A program made the translations under genes and the position numbers. Source: Spirogloea muscicola (Eukaryota). Taken from it: 32,410 nucleotides of DNA. The notes below the pieces were generated by a model. It had not been told where the DNA came from. It worked only from the letters and a program-made list of their open reading frames with translations, and made no database searches. Below, one piece after another: positions 1 through 11,865 of the stretch; position 1 is the stretch's first letter, and each line of letters begins with the position of its first letter. The stretch covers positions 797,536-829,945 of the forward strand of contig WELB01000015.1 of assembly GCA_009602725.1 (NCBI GenBank), read 5' to 3'.

Positions 1-910
1 CACCGCCGCTGCCGCTGCTGCCGGCCCTCCTCCGGCCGCCACCGCCTTACACGCCGCCGCCACCACAATTGGGGCGCTCGCCGCCGCCGCCGCCACCGCC
101 AGTGGCGCTGCCATCGCAGTCGCCGGCGGAGCTCCTGGCGCCGTTCGCCTTCCTCCAGCTCCCGCTGCAGCAGCTGGCGACGCCGGCGGCGGCGACGGCG
201 CTGCCGAGCCCATCCGGCAGCCTGAGCCTCGACCTGTGCTTGGACATTGGTGGCGGCGGCGGCGGCAGGGCGGCGTCTGCCGAGCGCCCGCAGCCGGGGA
301 CCCGGCCGGTGGACCTCCGCCAGCTCCTGAGCGCCGAGAGCCGTGGCACGCTGGTCCTCTCTACCAAGCGGGAGCGATCGCCGCCGGTTGCCGTCGACGA
401 TGGCGGCTCGCTCTCCTCCGGCTGCCCGGCGGCCAGCGGCGACCACTCGGCCGCCTCGAGCGGGAAGCGCAGCCGCCGAACGCCGCCGCCGCCCGCCGGC
501 GGCGGCGAGGCTGCCAAGGTGTGCAGCAACTGCGGCACGAGCTGCACGCCATTCTGGCGCAAGGACAAGGCCGGCGGCGGCCCCCTCTGCAACGCCTGTG
601 GCCTGTACCACGCCAAGAACGACGCCCCGCGGCCTCGCATGCTCTGGAAGCGCGGTAACGCCACGGCCCTCTCCTCTCCTCCATATCTCAATATATTGGA
701 AAGGACGCTATTAGCAATCACTCTTACATCTATACAATCATAACTATCATAATTCAGTGGATCCAGTGATTGCTCTGTGCCTGTGCTTTGTGCCTGTGTT
801 CATTGAAGCAGTACACTTGGTGCTCAGATTTTATAATCACATCTGTTAAGGACAACATCACTGACAGTCCCACTTTATCCGTGGCAGGCGACGCCTCCGA
901 CGACGAGTGA
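1..910 (+). CDS. GATA-type zinc-finger transcription factor, 5'-partial; exons <1..654, 888..910
   Basis: CSNC-x18-CNAC (CSNCGTSCTPFWRKDKAGGGPLCNACGLYHAK, 522-599) is the plant GATA finger and follows a Pro/Ala-rich region. Donor G|GTAACG at 655, branch-like CTGAC at 861 and acceptor GGCAG| at 887 give an in-frame ...KRGDASDDE* with the stop ending at 910. Confidence 0.9.
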
Positions 911-1827
911 GACCGGCACTTGTGCCACAGCTAGCACAAATACAGTAAAACACACGGCCCTCGCCAACAGATGGTCCCCATCAATTAGGCAGCCTTGCCT
1001 CTCAATACCCCTTCTTGCTCTCCGCCCTCTGACACTACACATGCACGTCCCGGCGAGAGGCAAGACTGCTGTTCCGGCGGCCAGTTCGCCGCCGGGCAGT
1101 CTTGGACCCTCGCCAGCACGTTCACACCCTACCTTACCCCAGCTCTCTCCTTTACCGCGCCTGCATCCAATTGGGTTAGGCCATGACACACCAGATTGTG
1201 CCAACGCCACAATACCGCCACGATATATCAAGTAGCAGTGTAGCTTGGCGCAATTTGCCGCCTCACTTTGCCCCCAACCATTCATTCTTTTGTAAAGTTT
1301 ATACTCAAGCCGGCGGACCGCGCCGCACAATCATCTCTTCTCTTCTTGTTGCCGCTGCAGTCGATCCGGGTAAGAGGTTGTCCACTTTCAGGCCTCAAGT
1401 TGAGTAGTTTGCTGCAGTACAAGCACTCTGTCAGTCATATTATAGCTTCATTGAGTATCAACTCCTGGAAAGTAAAGACACCATCAAATGACCTCCCTGT
1501 GGCTCAGCAAGCCGAGGAGTGTACCAGCAATCACACCAAGGAAGTGGATTTAAGCGCCAAGCACTCCATTAACAAGGCCGGCAACTCATAAAGACCGTGG
1601 TCAGGGACTCGAGTTGTGGGAGGCGAACACATACGTGCGCGGCGCCACCGTCAGCTGCGAGTTGCTTGTTCTGAGAGCCACGCCCTCCCAGTCATCACAC
1701 GCTCTGTTGCCAATTGGACTGGTCTCAGAGATAAAATTGCCTGTCACCTCAAACGGAGATGAAGATGGTTGCTGTCTTCATCACCGGCGTGCATCGGCAG
1801 TGCAGGCCGCCACCGAGCGCTGCGCCG

Positions 1828-2920
1828 TCAGGTCATGCCCTGCTGCTTCAGTGGGCCCGTGACTGCCACTTCCGTATCCGCAAGGGCCCCCTCTAGCGAT
1901 GCCAGGGGGCTCCAGGTGCCGCCGCCGCGGCGCCTTGCTTGGTGCTTGCCCTTCGCCCGCCTCGGCGATGCCACCGAGAGCTCGGGAACTTTGCTGGCAT
2001 CTTGTGAAGCAGCAAGTCTGTCGCTGTCTGAAGCCACGGCCTCCTCACTTGACTCGGCATTCGCGGCAGCCTCTTCAGAGGACGCATTGCCAGCGGCGGC
2101 ATTGGCGCTGCTTGCTTCCGACGGCGCTGGCAGGAGCTGCTGCGCCGGCCGCAGGCGGTCGCCCTCGGGAAGGGCATGGAGCACCGAGACCTGCACCGCC
2201 AGCTTAATGGTTCAGCATAACTTATGGGTTTGAGGCTACTTTGGGGAATCGAGACTAAGGTCGCGAGAGTCGTTGGACCTGGTGGCGGAAGTCGGAGAAC
2301 TCGGCCGCGTCGATGGAGCCGTCGCTGTCGGCGTCGAACGCCGCCAGGAACTCCGCCGCGGCAGCGCCGATGTCTGCGCCAGTCTCGCCCAGGTCCGCCA
2401 TCATGGCCTCCACCTCGTCGAGCCGGATGCGCCCGTCGCCGTCCCGGTCAAACATGTCCCACACGTGGTCATCGACGAGGCCGCCGCGCCGGCGCCGCAG
2501 ACCGTTGCTGGCGGCGGCAGCAAGCACCATCTCCTCGAGGCGCGCGCCGGCGACACGTGCGGCAGCCTCCACAGTCGCCTGGAGGTTGGCCACCTGGCTG
2601 GCGTCCTGGAGGCCGCCCTTGTAAGCGCCGTGCGAAGCAGGGCCGCCGTGCGCCGCGAGCGCTTCCATAGGGGCGGTGCGGACCTGGACCTCCATGGGCG
2701 GCAGCGCGCCCCCCACGCCGTCGGGCCACACGGCGAGGTGCAGCGAGCGGTAGCCGTTGCGCTTGGGCGCCGCGATGTAGTCCTTGGAGCGGCCGGGGAC
2801 CTCGTCCCAGAGCGAGCGCGCGAGCTCGGCGGCGCGGTAGCACGCCGCCTCGCCGCTGTCGCCGCCGCCGCTGCCGGCGAGGGGCTCGACGATGATGCGG
2901 AGGCCGAGGGCGTCGAACAG
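1828..2920 (-). CDS. CRSH: Ca2+-activated RelA/SpoT homologue ((p)ppGpp synthetase with two EF-hands), 5'-partial; exons 2279..>2920, 1828..2190
   Basis: Synthetase motifs FDALGLRIIV, KDYIAAPKRNGYRSLH, MEVQVRT and ASHGAYKGG, followed by two canonical EF-hand loops, DRDGDGRIRLDE and DADSDGSIDAAE. CAG|GTCCAA donor and TGCAG| acceptor are in phase 0. Truncated upstream by the single N at 2922. Confidence 0.92.
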
Positions 2921-2922
2921 AN

Positions 2923-3587
2923 CGCCAGCTACAGCAGCAGCAGCAGCAGCAGGAGGAAGAGCAGCAGCAGCAGGCTGTGTCAAACCACGTGCAGGGCCAG
3001 CCTCTGGCACGGCCACAACCCCAGCTGCCTTTTGAGACATCCCAACAGCTGCACGCGCTGCCAGCGTGGTTGCTGTCTAGCTTGCAGGCCCAACAGCAGC
3101 AGCAGGCCCAGCCGCCTTCTGCCCCAGAGCCAGCACTGCTGTCGGCCTATGCATCAGGGCTCGGAGGTCAGGGCTCCAATGTGGCTGGCCAGCCGGCGCC
3201 CCACGAAAAGCACGGCCAGATGGGGGAGTCCAGCTCTGCTGACGATAAAGATGGGTATGCTCCCCGAAACCCCCAACCCCGCACAGCACTGCCTTGCCGC
3301 CTCATTCTTGCTTTGTTCCTGCTCGGTAGGCAGCTCGGATCTCCAGCTTTGTGCTGTTTGGTTGGGCTAACAAGCCTCAGTCTGCGTCACGTCCTGCTCA
3401 TGCCAATGCCAGTGTGATCCGTGCTTGCTGCTACAGGCCCAAGTACCTGGCGGAGATGGTGATGGGGCTGCTCAATCCCTCGCAGCCCAGCCTCTTGACT
3501 CCCATCATGGGAGCTCGCATGGGAACCCCGACGGAGGTGGAGCCTCCGCAGGCAGGACCAGCAGAACACCAACTTTGGCCCTACTGA
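2923..3587 (+). CDS. 3' end of a probable AP2/ERF DREB-like transcription factor (Gln-rich region plus C-terminal activation motifs); exons <2923..3254, 3437..3587
   Basis: Poly-Q reading frame; phase-2 intron GG|GTATGC ... CTACAG|G. The final exon GPKYLAEMVMGLLNPSQP...HQLWPY* resembles the DREB1/CBF and group III ERF C-terminal motifs PxLLxxMAEGMLLxPP and LWSY. The AP2 domain itself is not in the window. Confidence 0.5.
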
Positions 3588-4580
3588 CACAAGCATGTCG
3601 GCGCACCCGTCCACACCGAGGAACGCCGCCGACTGGCTTGTGTCCGGCCAACCCCTTTGCCCACGGGATACCCCCATATCTCCTCCCCCCCTTAAGTCCC
3701 CGCCCTCCGGGGTCCCATTGCCTTCGTAATTGGTGTCCAGCTTCATGACTCTTTGTCGACACCCTAGGGCGACTCTCCAACCCCGAGGCTTCATTCTGCT
3801 TGCCCCATTCCGGTGGCTGCCCGGGTTGATGGAGTACAAAGAGCTCATGCAGCAGACTATTTGTTTTGGCGCCTGCTCTGCTTTCGTTGCAGCAGGTCGC
3901 TTGTAAGTCGATGCTCACCCTATTTCTCAGACCTCAAAAAGAAGGTCCAGACAGGCTCACCTGTGCAGATTGATGCACGGCAGTGCAGCCCTTCGCCTGA
4001 TGGAGGGGAATGTATTTTACCTTTGCCCAACAATTGGATACGCAGCAGCATATGCTGCAAGCCTGTCCTTTGCACTGCAGTTGCAGGTGTGGAGCTTCTA
4101 GTTGCTGAGGCCGACTGAGGTTGCTGCTATGCTTGGGTGGGTTTAGTTAGGAGTACATTTGGTGAGTGAGATCAGGAGACAGAGCAAGCCCTGCCTGCGA
4201 AAGACACACAGAAGACGTTGCTGTGCGGATGATGAAGATGGGCGGCAGGCAACATAAGCAAAGACTGATCATGGTAAGATCACGGTATTGAGGGCCGCCT
4301 AAAGAAACTGGCGGGGACTCCCTCCCTGCTGCTGCATATTCTGGCTGGCCGTCACTTACTCCTGGAGTTACTTGGTGGGTATCAAAAGTACCTAGTAGTT
4401 TTTCTTGGGGGTTTGTCCTCTTTTACGCGGCTTCCTCCCAAACCTTGTTTGTCCACTCTGTTGGACTCATCTGGCAACGTCCCCTTTCACAGCCGCACTT
4501 GAGCTTCGGGCAGCCGCTTCTCTGTGGAAGCGCAGCAGTCTCCTCTTTCATTCTTTACGCAGTTAACAGGACATTTGTAA

Positions 4581-4632
4581 GGCTAGAAATGGCCTCCAAT
4601 TCAGTTTCATGCGTACCGCGCGCCTTCTCTCT
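4581..4632. repeat. Copy of an internal segment of the dispersed repeat/MITE family
   Basis: GGCTAGAAATGGCCTCCAATTCAGTTTCATGCGTACCGCGCGCCTTCTCTCT aligns with 20952-21002 (GGCTTGAATTGGCCTCCCTTTCAATTCATGCGCCCCGCGCGCCTTCTCTCT) and, reverse-complemented, with about 23655-23713. Confidence 0.7.
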
Positions 4633-4911
4633 TTGAGGTGTTGAACTGGGTGACTTACTCGGGTGCCCGTAGGCCAAGGTAGGGTGCGATTGCGAAGTCG
4701 CCGACGGCTTGTGGAGGCACTGGGCGGGCTGGCACTTCATGGCCGCCCGGGGGCTGCTCAAGCGCTTAGCTTCCCTGGGCACCCCTCGCGCGCGGCCGCT
4801 GTGAAAGAAAGCGGCTGCTGATATGAAAGAATCGGCTGTGAAAGCTGCTGTGGAGCTGCTAAAAAAGAAAGCGGCTGCTGGAGTGAGCCAGCTGCTCCAG
4901 GTCCGAGCAGC

Positions 4912-5025
4912 ATGACCAGCGCAGAAGCGTCTGTGGCGGGCCTCCGCCCCACCTTGGCCACGTTGCGCCAGCTCCTTGCCTGGCCCCGCCGCTTTGCCCG
5001 CGCCTCCGCCGCCCTCGGCATCCAG
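4912..5025 (+). CDS. Orphan first exon resembling the N-terminus of plant CDC48B-type AAA-ATPase
   Basis: MTSAEASVAGLRPTLATLRQLLAWPRRFARASAALGIQ resembles the recalled CDC48B segment AEAEIGGNERALQALRELIIFPFRYPLEARTLGLK that precedes the Walker A motif. It ends at a possible GC donor (CAG|GCATGC). No WPRG/GPPGTGKT exon follows in the window. Confidence 0.55.
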
Positions 5026-5030
5026 GCATG

Positions 5031-5032
<2 letters not shown>

Positions 5033-5068
<36 letters not shown>

Positions 5069-5070
5069 TC
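5033..5070 (+). repeat. (CT)n microsatellite
   Basis: Direct dinucleotide run. Confidence 0.95.
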
Positions 5071-5173
5071 CCCCTCGTTCTCTGCTTTGCTCCTTCCTGC
5101 CACGGCAGGCGCTGCAGACGTTCTGGCGCCTCCTGACGCCGCTTGCGCAATCCTGCTCCACCCCCACCGCCAG

Positions 5174-8100
5174 CGTCTTCTACATCTTCTGTCGTGAGGA
5201 GCCTCTGTGGATGCACCTGTGCCTGGGCGCCCACGGCGGCGGGCCGCTCTGCTACGACCACTCATGGCGCCACACCACCCTCCGCAGGTAATGATTTCTG
5301 CCAGAGCTCACAATTGCTCACGAATCAGGGGCCAACAAGTCAAGATAGTTTGATGTGGTTTGATGTGGCTTGGCAATTGCATCACCGGCTCGTGTCTTGC
5401 AGCTGGGTTATTTGTTGGCTGTCAGCGCGCCAAGACCTGACGGCAAGCTCCTGTCGCCATGCGGTGCTCAGGCTGGCCGCGGACAAGGGCAGGTCGCCGC
5501 CGGCGCCGCCGGCGCCGCCCCTCCCCTTCGACGGTGCGCACGGCCTCTGCCTCAGCACCAATTTCTGGCGCTGATTGACACGCTCAAAATCTAAACCCCA
5601 AAGCCTAAACCTCATTGAACAGGACCGGAGCTTAGTTCCGTTGTTCAATGGTCCGGTCCTGTGGCTGTTGCTGCAGGGTTCACATCGCTCTTCCTGTATC
5701 GCCGCTGGTACCGCTGCCATGTCGCGCTGGCGGGCTTCGCCCTGGACGATGGCGCCATCGATCGGCGCGCCGGCGTTGACACTGCGGCCTTTGCTCGCGA
5801 CTTTGACGGCATCAAGCCGGTAGTATTTCCATTAATTTGCCAAAGACTCTTGACGCAATACAAGAACAATGATAAACACGCTAAATCATTCATACCTCTC
5901 TGCAGGTCGTCCTAACGGATGTCGCGGCTGCATGGCCGGCCATGCGGCGCTGGAGCAGCCTCGGGGCACTGGCAGCCGCCGCTCCAGCCGGTGCGGCATT
6001 CAAGGTCTCGCAGTCGCAGGGCAAGAAGGTGACGATGGAGCTCAAAGACTACTTAGCTTACATGGACCAGCAGCGCGACGAGGAGCCGCTTTACATATTT
6101 GATGAAAAGGTGCGCCCCATTCCCTGACAATTATGTAGATCGATGACCTCCTCCTCCTGAGCTGGTTGTTGACAAGATAGTACAGAGTTCCTCAGTACAA
6201 ACCTCATGGTCCACCTGCCAATTGAGGTTAATTGCTCATTCCCAAGAGTCAAGGCAATATGTGCAACCTTAGTTGAGCATGAGCATGTTAAGGTGTGCCT
6301 GTCAAATGCTCCTTTGCTCAAAATCTTTGGACGAGGCAGATACTTTATGATCTCAGAGAGATTCCTGCTTGGCGGCCAGCAAAATCAGAGTGGCGAATCG
6401 GAAGTAGAGTTTATTATCCACTAATAAAATTGTTAATTTCCTAGTCCATCAGCAGGTGAGCAAGGTCGTCGTGAACCTTGTACAAGGTCTGTAGAGTGGC
6501 TCTGCTTTATCAGGCACAGCCCCTGCCGCGGCGCAGTTCGGGGAGACGGCACCGGCGCTGCTGGACGACTATCGGGCGCCGCCGCAGGTCGTGGAGGACT
6601 ACCTCTCGCTCCTCGGCCCTGACAAGCGGCCATCGTACAGGTGATTTGTCTGGCCGCCATGGCGCCTCGCCTGCATCAAGGGTGTAGGACTTAAGGGATT
6701 GACACTCAGAGCCGCTTGACTTGCATAAGCGCTTGCACTTCTGGTTAGTGTGCAAGCGCAGCACCATGTACAGTCAGCACCTTTGGCAGTAATTTATATA
6801 AAATGTACACTGATATACTAATTACTGTCAAGCAGGAGGGGGCGGCATCAACAGGTGGCTCGTTGCGGGCCCTGCGAGGTCCGGCGCAAGCTGGCACGTC
6901 GATCCCGCCCTCACGTCCGCCTGGAATGCCCTCACGGCCGGCAAGAAGAGGTTGGTTGCCGCTCTGGCGGCTGTGCGTCCAGGCCTGCCTCCATGCTCTC
7001 CTCTTGTAATTTTAAATAACAGATTTCAATGTTCGTGTAATCTTTGTATCATCATGGATTAGTGGATTAGTGGATTAATATATCTTGGCCTTTCTGCTAC
7101 TTGCCTATGAGCAGGTGGGCGCTGTACCCGCCCGGGAGGGTGCCGCCCGGAGTCACCGTGCAAGTCGATGAGGTGGCCGGCGAAGTGGATTTCGACGGCC
7201 CGACCTCGCTCCAGGTCTGACAATCAATGTCATCATCTTGCTGTTGTGAGCGGAATTCGTTCGCGCTCAATGCACACGTGCAATGCTTGCCGTCTACTTA
7301 CGTCAGTCCAGTGTGTGCATACTACGTCGTGAGCCTTCCTGAGCTTGGTATGAGCGGCTCTCTGCGCTATCAAAGTAATCTTCCTCATAATCAGGGAACT
7401 TAAGTACAACAGAGGTCTTAGAGTTAGTAAGTTGAAGTCACTGACTGCCCAGTGGAATTATCGTTGTCCTTGCAATGTGCTTATTCATCCTCTCGTCCCC
7501 TCGCTAGTGGTGGCTGGAGGTCTACCCGTGCCTGCGGCCCGAGGACAGGCCGCTGGAGTGCACGCAGGTGCCCGGCGAGGTCATCTTCGTGCCGTCCGGG
7601 TGGTGGCACTGCGTGCTGAACCTCGAGGACTCGGTGGCAGTCACACAGAACTACGTCAACGAGGCCAACCTGGAGGCCGTGTGCCGCGACATGGCGCCGG
7701 GGTTCCGCCACCGGGGCGTCGCTCGGGCAGGGCGGCTTGCCGAGGAGCTCGGCGGACGGCGGGACCGGTACTTGGGCAGAGTTGACTCCAGAGGCAGGAC
7801 AGTCAAGAAGGGCAAAGTCTTGGCCGACGCCGAATCCGCTGACTTGGTCAAGGACCTGGAGTCAGCCCAGTTGACCAACGACTGGGAGCTCAGGGAGGCG
7901 GACTTTGCGGGCGCGGTTGACCACTTTGCTGACGACAGCGACGGGTACCTGAGCAGGAAGTGCCTGCGGGAGTGGCTCTGCCAGCTCTGGCTGCTCAGGC
8001 CTCACCTCCGTGATCGAGTGTGGCAGGTGGGCGGCATATCTCAACACTAATAGGACCCAATAAAAGATAGAGTCTCATCACACAACCCCAGACTTGAATG

Positions 8101-11100
8101 TTTCAGAAGAAGGGCACTTGCACCTTGAGGGCCAGGCAGGACATTGCATGGAAAGTTGTGCTCAGCCTTGCACTTACTGTGTGCAGCCCTTGCATGTGGA
8201 GCCCTAGTTTCAGCTCTTACAGCTGTATATTGAAACATGATGCACATAACATCCATGGAGCCAATCTCAGTACATCTTCTATGCACGTGCAGTGCGCATG
8301 CATGGCCATGAACGCCGGCGAGTGGCTCAAGCGCGTGCAAGCAATCTGCGTGGCCAATGGCCTCCCGCTCCCAGAGGGTGCAGAGAAGTTCCCAGTGGGC
8401 CGGGGATCAAATCCTGTGAGTCTCATGCTCTGAACATCATCTTGCAAGGAATATCTACTCTCAGCAATCAATAGCAATCATTTAGCATTATCAATCAAAG
8501 ACAATTCATGACTACAGCAGCTCAAGTATATCAAGGTTCTACTGTAGTCAATGTCTCAAAGAGTGGGTATGTTGCTTCTATGGCTGGTCTACTCAGCTTG
8601 TTTGTTTACCCACTATCAGGTGTACATACTTGGCAATCTCGTCCTCAAGATCTACACGGACACTGGGGGCCTTGGACCTGCTGCAGCACTCAGCACAGAG
8701 GTGAGCATCTCGTGACATTGCTGCTACATGACATTACCTACTTGGGTTTCCAACAGAATCATCGCCTGGTACAAGATGTCAGTAGGAGGACGTCGAGTAG
8801 GAACTTGCATGTCTTATAGCTGCTATGACCTGACACACATGAACCAATTGCCACACTCACAAGATAGAGAGATAGCTGTTATATCAGTCAATAAGTGCCT
8901 CTGTGCATTCTGCCAGCTTTGCCTCTACAAGGCATTGGATTCGGCCAGTTCTCCACTCAGCGACAGAGTCCCGCCTCTTATCACCAGCGGTATCCTGTAC
9001 CCTGCCACTAAGGCTGAGCAGCAAGTCTGCGTGCTCTGGGACGGTGCTGGGGACCTGCCGCCTCGTCCAGGTACTGTGAGCAATTGCAATGGCGATGTTG
9101 GCGAGGATGGCAATTGTGGCAGTGAAGGTCTTCTCGGTAACATTCAGGAAGATCATCCGGAGGCCAGAAAGCGGATGGTCAATGGCGGGCTCAAGGAGGG
9201 TCACCATGGCCAACAGGACGTCAATGGGGGCCCTGGCCAGGACCTCCTTTGGCCCTTCATCGTCACACGCAAGTGCGAGGGCCAGACGGTCGACACTGTG
9301 TAAGCTCTACATTGCAAGGCCTAGACCTCAGCCTTATGAAATTTAGGATAGAAGCCAACAGCACCTTTACCCTCTGTGCACTCGCCTCCATGTACTTGCC
9401 GTCGAGTATCCTTGAGGCAGGCCCCCAAGAGCCATGAGACTGATACACTAGCAACATCTTTGTTCGCTTCAGCTTTTATCTGCTTCGCTGACTCTGCCTT
9501 TTGGTTTATTCTCAAACCTTGTGAGGGCTTCTCTAGGCGCTGTACGCACATGATGATTGAGTATTGTTTGGAACCTTATTTGTTTGACCGCAGGTATGAT
9601 TTACTGACACCGGGAGATTTCAGGGAACTCGCGGCATTTCTGGGGACATCTCTACGTGCATTGCATTCCCTTCCACTCCCTTCCTTGACAAACTTTCACT
9701 CTGACAGCTGGGCCGGTGGTCGCACTTCCCGGCAGTGCAAGTCCATGCATACGGCGAGCTTGGACCCAGTCAAGGGCCTTGAGGAATTTTCCCACTGGCG
9801 ACCTTTTGTACAGAAATACAGACTCCTGAGGAGTGACGCAGTGGAGAGGCTAAAGTCATGGTGAGCAGTCATGAGAATACGTGTGAGACCTTACCTCACC
9901 CTTAATACATTATTCAACACTATGTAACAGTGTGCTTTCTAGCAATGTGATGTATGTAGCCTGAGGCTTGCAAGAGTGGGTTGCTTTGCACGTGACATAT
10001 GACTCATTCAGAAGTCCGATGAGAGCACTCTCACATGACCAACGAGTGTGTTGCAGGAGTGCTCTGCCACCGTCCTTGCAGGAAGAGTTGGAGTCATACC
10101 TGCCCTCGGATATGGCCGACCTGATCCCTTGCCAGGTTGCAGGCTGACAGCCAACTGACTGAATGTGGGCTCAGACAATTGTCCTTCTTATGCTAATAAA
10201 TGTATCAAGTATTGGTATGCTTGTGAGCACTGATGCTGGTATACCATTTAGGCCCATCCTTTGTGTAGGCCCCTCACTCAGATGTTTGTTTGCAGGTCAC
10301 GTGAATTCTGATCATATGCCACTAAGAGACAGTGTTGCCCCTCTGACTGAGAAGCCTTGCTCTGCCAACAGGATCGGCCACCTGTGTGGCTTCATTCTGA
10401 TGTCACCGACAACAATGTCCTGGTCAAACCTATCAGAGAAGGGGCAACAACAAGCGCTTGCCCTTCTCAGAAGGTGGAGGCACCTGTGGCTGGGGTCAAT
10501 GGCTTGCATTGTGATTCGAGGAGATACAGTCCTGCTTACCTGCTCGACTTTGGGGACGTTGAATTCGGTAAGAAGCACGGAAGCCCGTGCATTCAGTGAT
10601 CAAGATTGACTTCAAGATGCTTAATTAGTACATGAACATGCGCTACTTACAAAGGGACATAGTGGGAGTGAAAGCCTGAGTTCGCATTACAATGGCTGTC
10701 ATTGCTGCTCTGCTAACACAATTCTGAGCATTTCTAAGTTGTAGAACAGAGCTGCATACTAAGAGTGACATGTAACCATGGGCTGCTGAGTCTGCACTAG
10801 GATTGTGGGATTGCACTAGGATCTAAGTAGTGTGTACGTTCTGACAGAGGCCTCTCTTGTTGTCTTCCATGTTGCTTGTGATTTTGCGAATCTGCAGGAG
10901 ATCCGCTGATGGAGCTCCTTGCCGTGCACATCTGTGTCTTCCGCTGCGACCACGCTTTGTTGTCACACTTCTTGTCCCACTACAATCTCCCACTCCAAGT
11001 ACAGAGAGAATGCTCACGTGGTGAAGCTGAACATCAGCCCAGCTCTGATGGAGCTCAACCTCAGGGCCACAGTTATCGGACATCGTATCGTGCAATGTAT

Positions 11101-11420
11101 GTCCTCCTACTTCCAGCCTTTCTTTCTTTGCAAGCAGCAACCCAACTGGAATGTTGTTCTTGTCCCTGTTTTTGGGGTCAAGATAATGAGGTGCCGCACA
11201 GTAGAAATTAAGACCGCAGTCTCGTCCTGAACATGGCAGGTGTTACTGCTTGGTCCATGAGCTCAACCCGACGGCGGCGATTTTCGGCCATCGGGCAGAT
11301 CTGCTTGAGGCCAAAAGCCTGAGGGAAGTGGAAGACGCCATCTGGGGCCCTCTCAACTCGTACTTTCCAAGCTCACAGGCGCAAGAACAGCCAATACTAG
11401 CCAGTGATCACGATCATTAG
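5174..11420 (+). CDS. JMJ21: F-box/JmjC (JMJD6-like) protein with C-terminal aminoglycoside-phosphotransferase-like kinase domain, At1g78280/JMJ21-like, F-box start missing; exons 5174..5287, 5472..5533, 5677..5819, 5906..6109, 6537..6640, 6855..6950, 7115..7214, 7508..8026, 8293..8415, 8620..8700, 8917..9299, 9594..9860, 10057..10135, 10372..10567, 10898..11096, 11240..11420
   Basis: The spliced translation gives [68 protein letters not shown] (Fe-binding HxD), [19 protein letters not shown] (third ligand His), [36 protein letters not shown] and LLDFGD (APH/kinase-like), and CYCLVHE. All introns are GT-AG with consistent phases; stop TAG ends at 11420. Confidence 0.93.
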
Positions 11421-11865
11421 AGCACGATCAAACAAGATAGTCAGATTAGCACATCCGAGCAGAACCTGCGTGAGACCCATGGAAGCCATAACCGCTTCTG
11501 TTCGACTTCTGACATGTATTTGTCGCAAAAGTTGATCATTCTATCGTGGTCAAACTCCTGGAGGTATGCTTGCACATGTGCAAGATACAGCGTCAGCCTA
11601 ATTCAAGCAGACGCCTGAGCACTGACTTGGCAGCAGGCAAGCCCCGCCCTTGCCCGGAAGCAGGAGCTGTTAGAGATGTTATAGTACTGGCTGACTTCTG
11701 CTTTCGAGCAGAAGGCTTATTCATTGCGTTGAAGAATAATTTATTCATGACAATTTGAGAAAGGCATGCTAAGTGAGATTTCGTAGCCCTCAGTGAAAGA
11801 ATAACAGCAAGCCATTAAGGCGAACACAGAAAAGGTGAGGACCCAAGTGCTCACGGCATCGGTGG

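Noticed and set aside
1828..2920. RelA/SpoT and histidine-kinase genes as bacterial contamination
   Set aside because: Both have spliceosomal introns and plant-specific architectures (EF-hand CRSH, AHK5-like).
2273..3370. 365-aa plus-strand ORF, and the 5' part of the 2255-3040 ORF, crossing 2922
   Set aside because: Antisense shadow of GC-rich CRSH read through a single-N contig join.
4225..4270. Possible C/D-box snoRNA (ATGATGA ... CTGA)
   Set aside because: The boxes are only about 40 nt apart, with no convincing terminal stem or recognisable rRNA guide.
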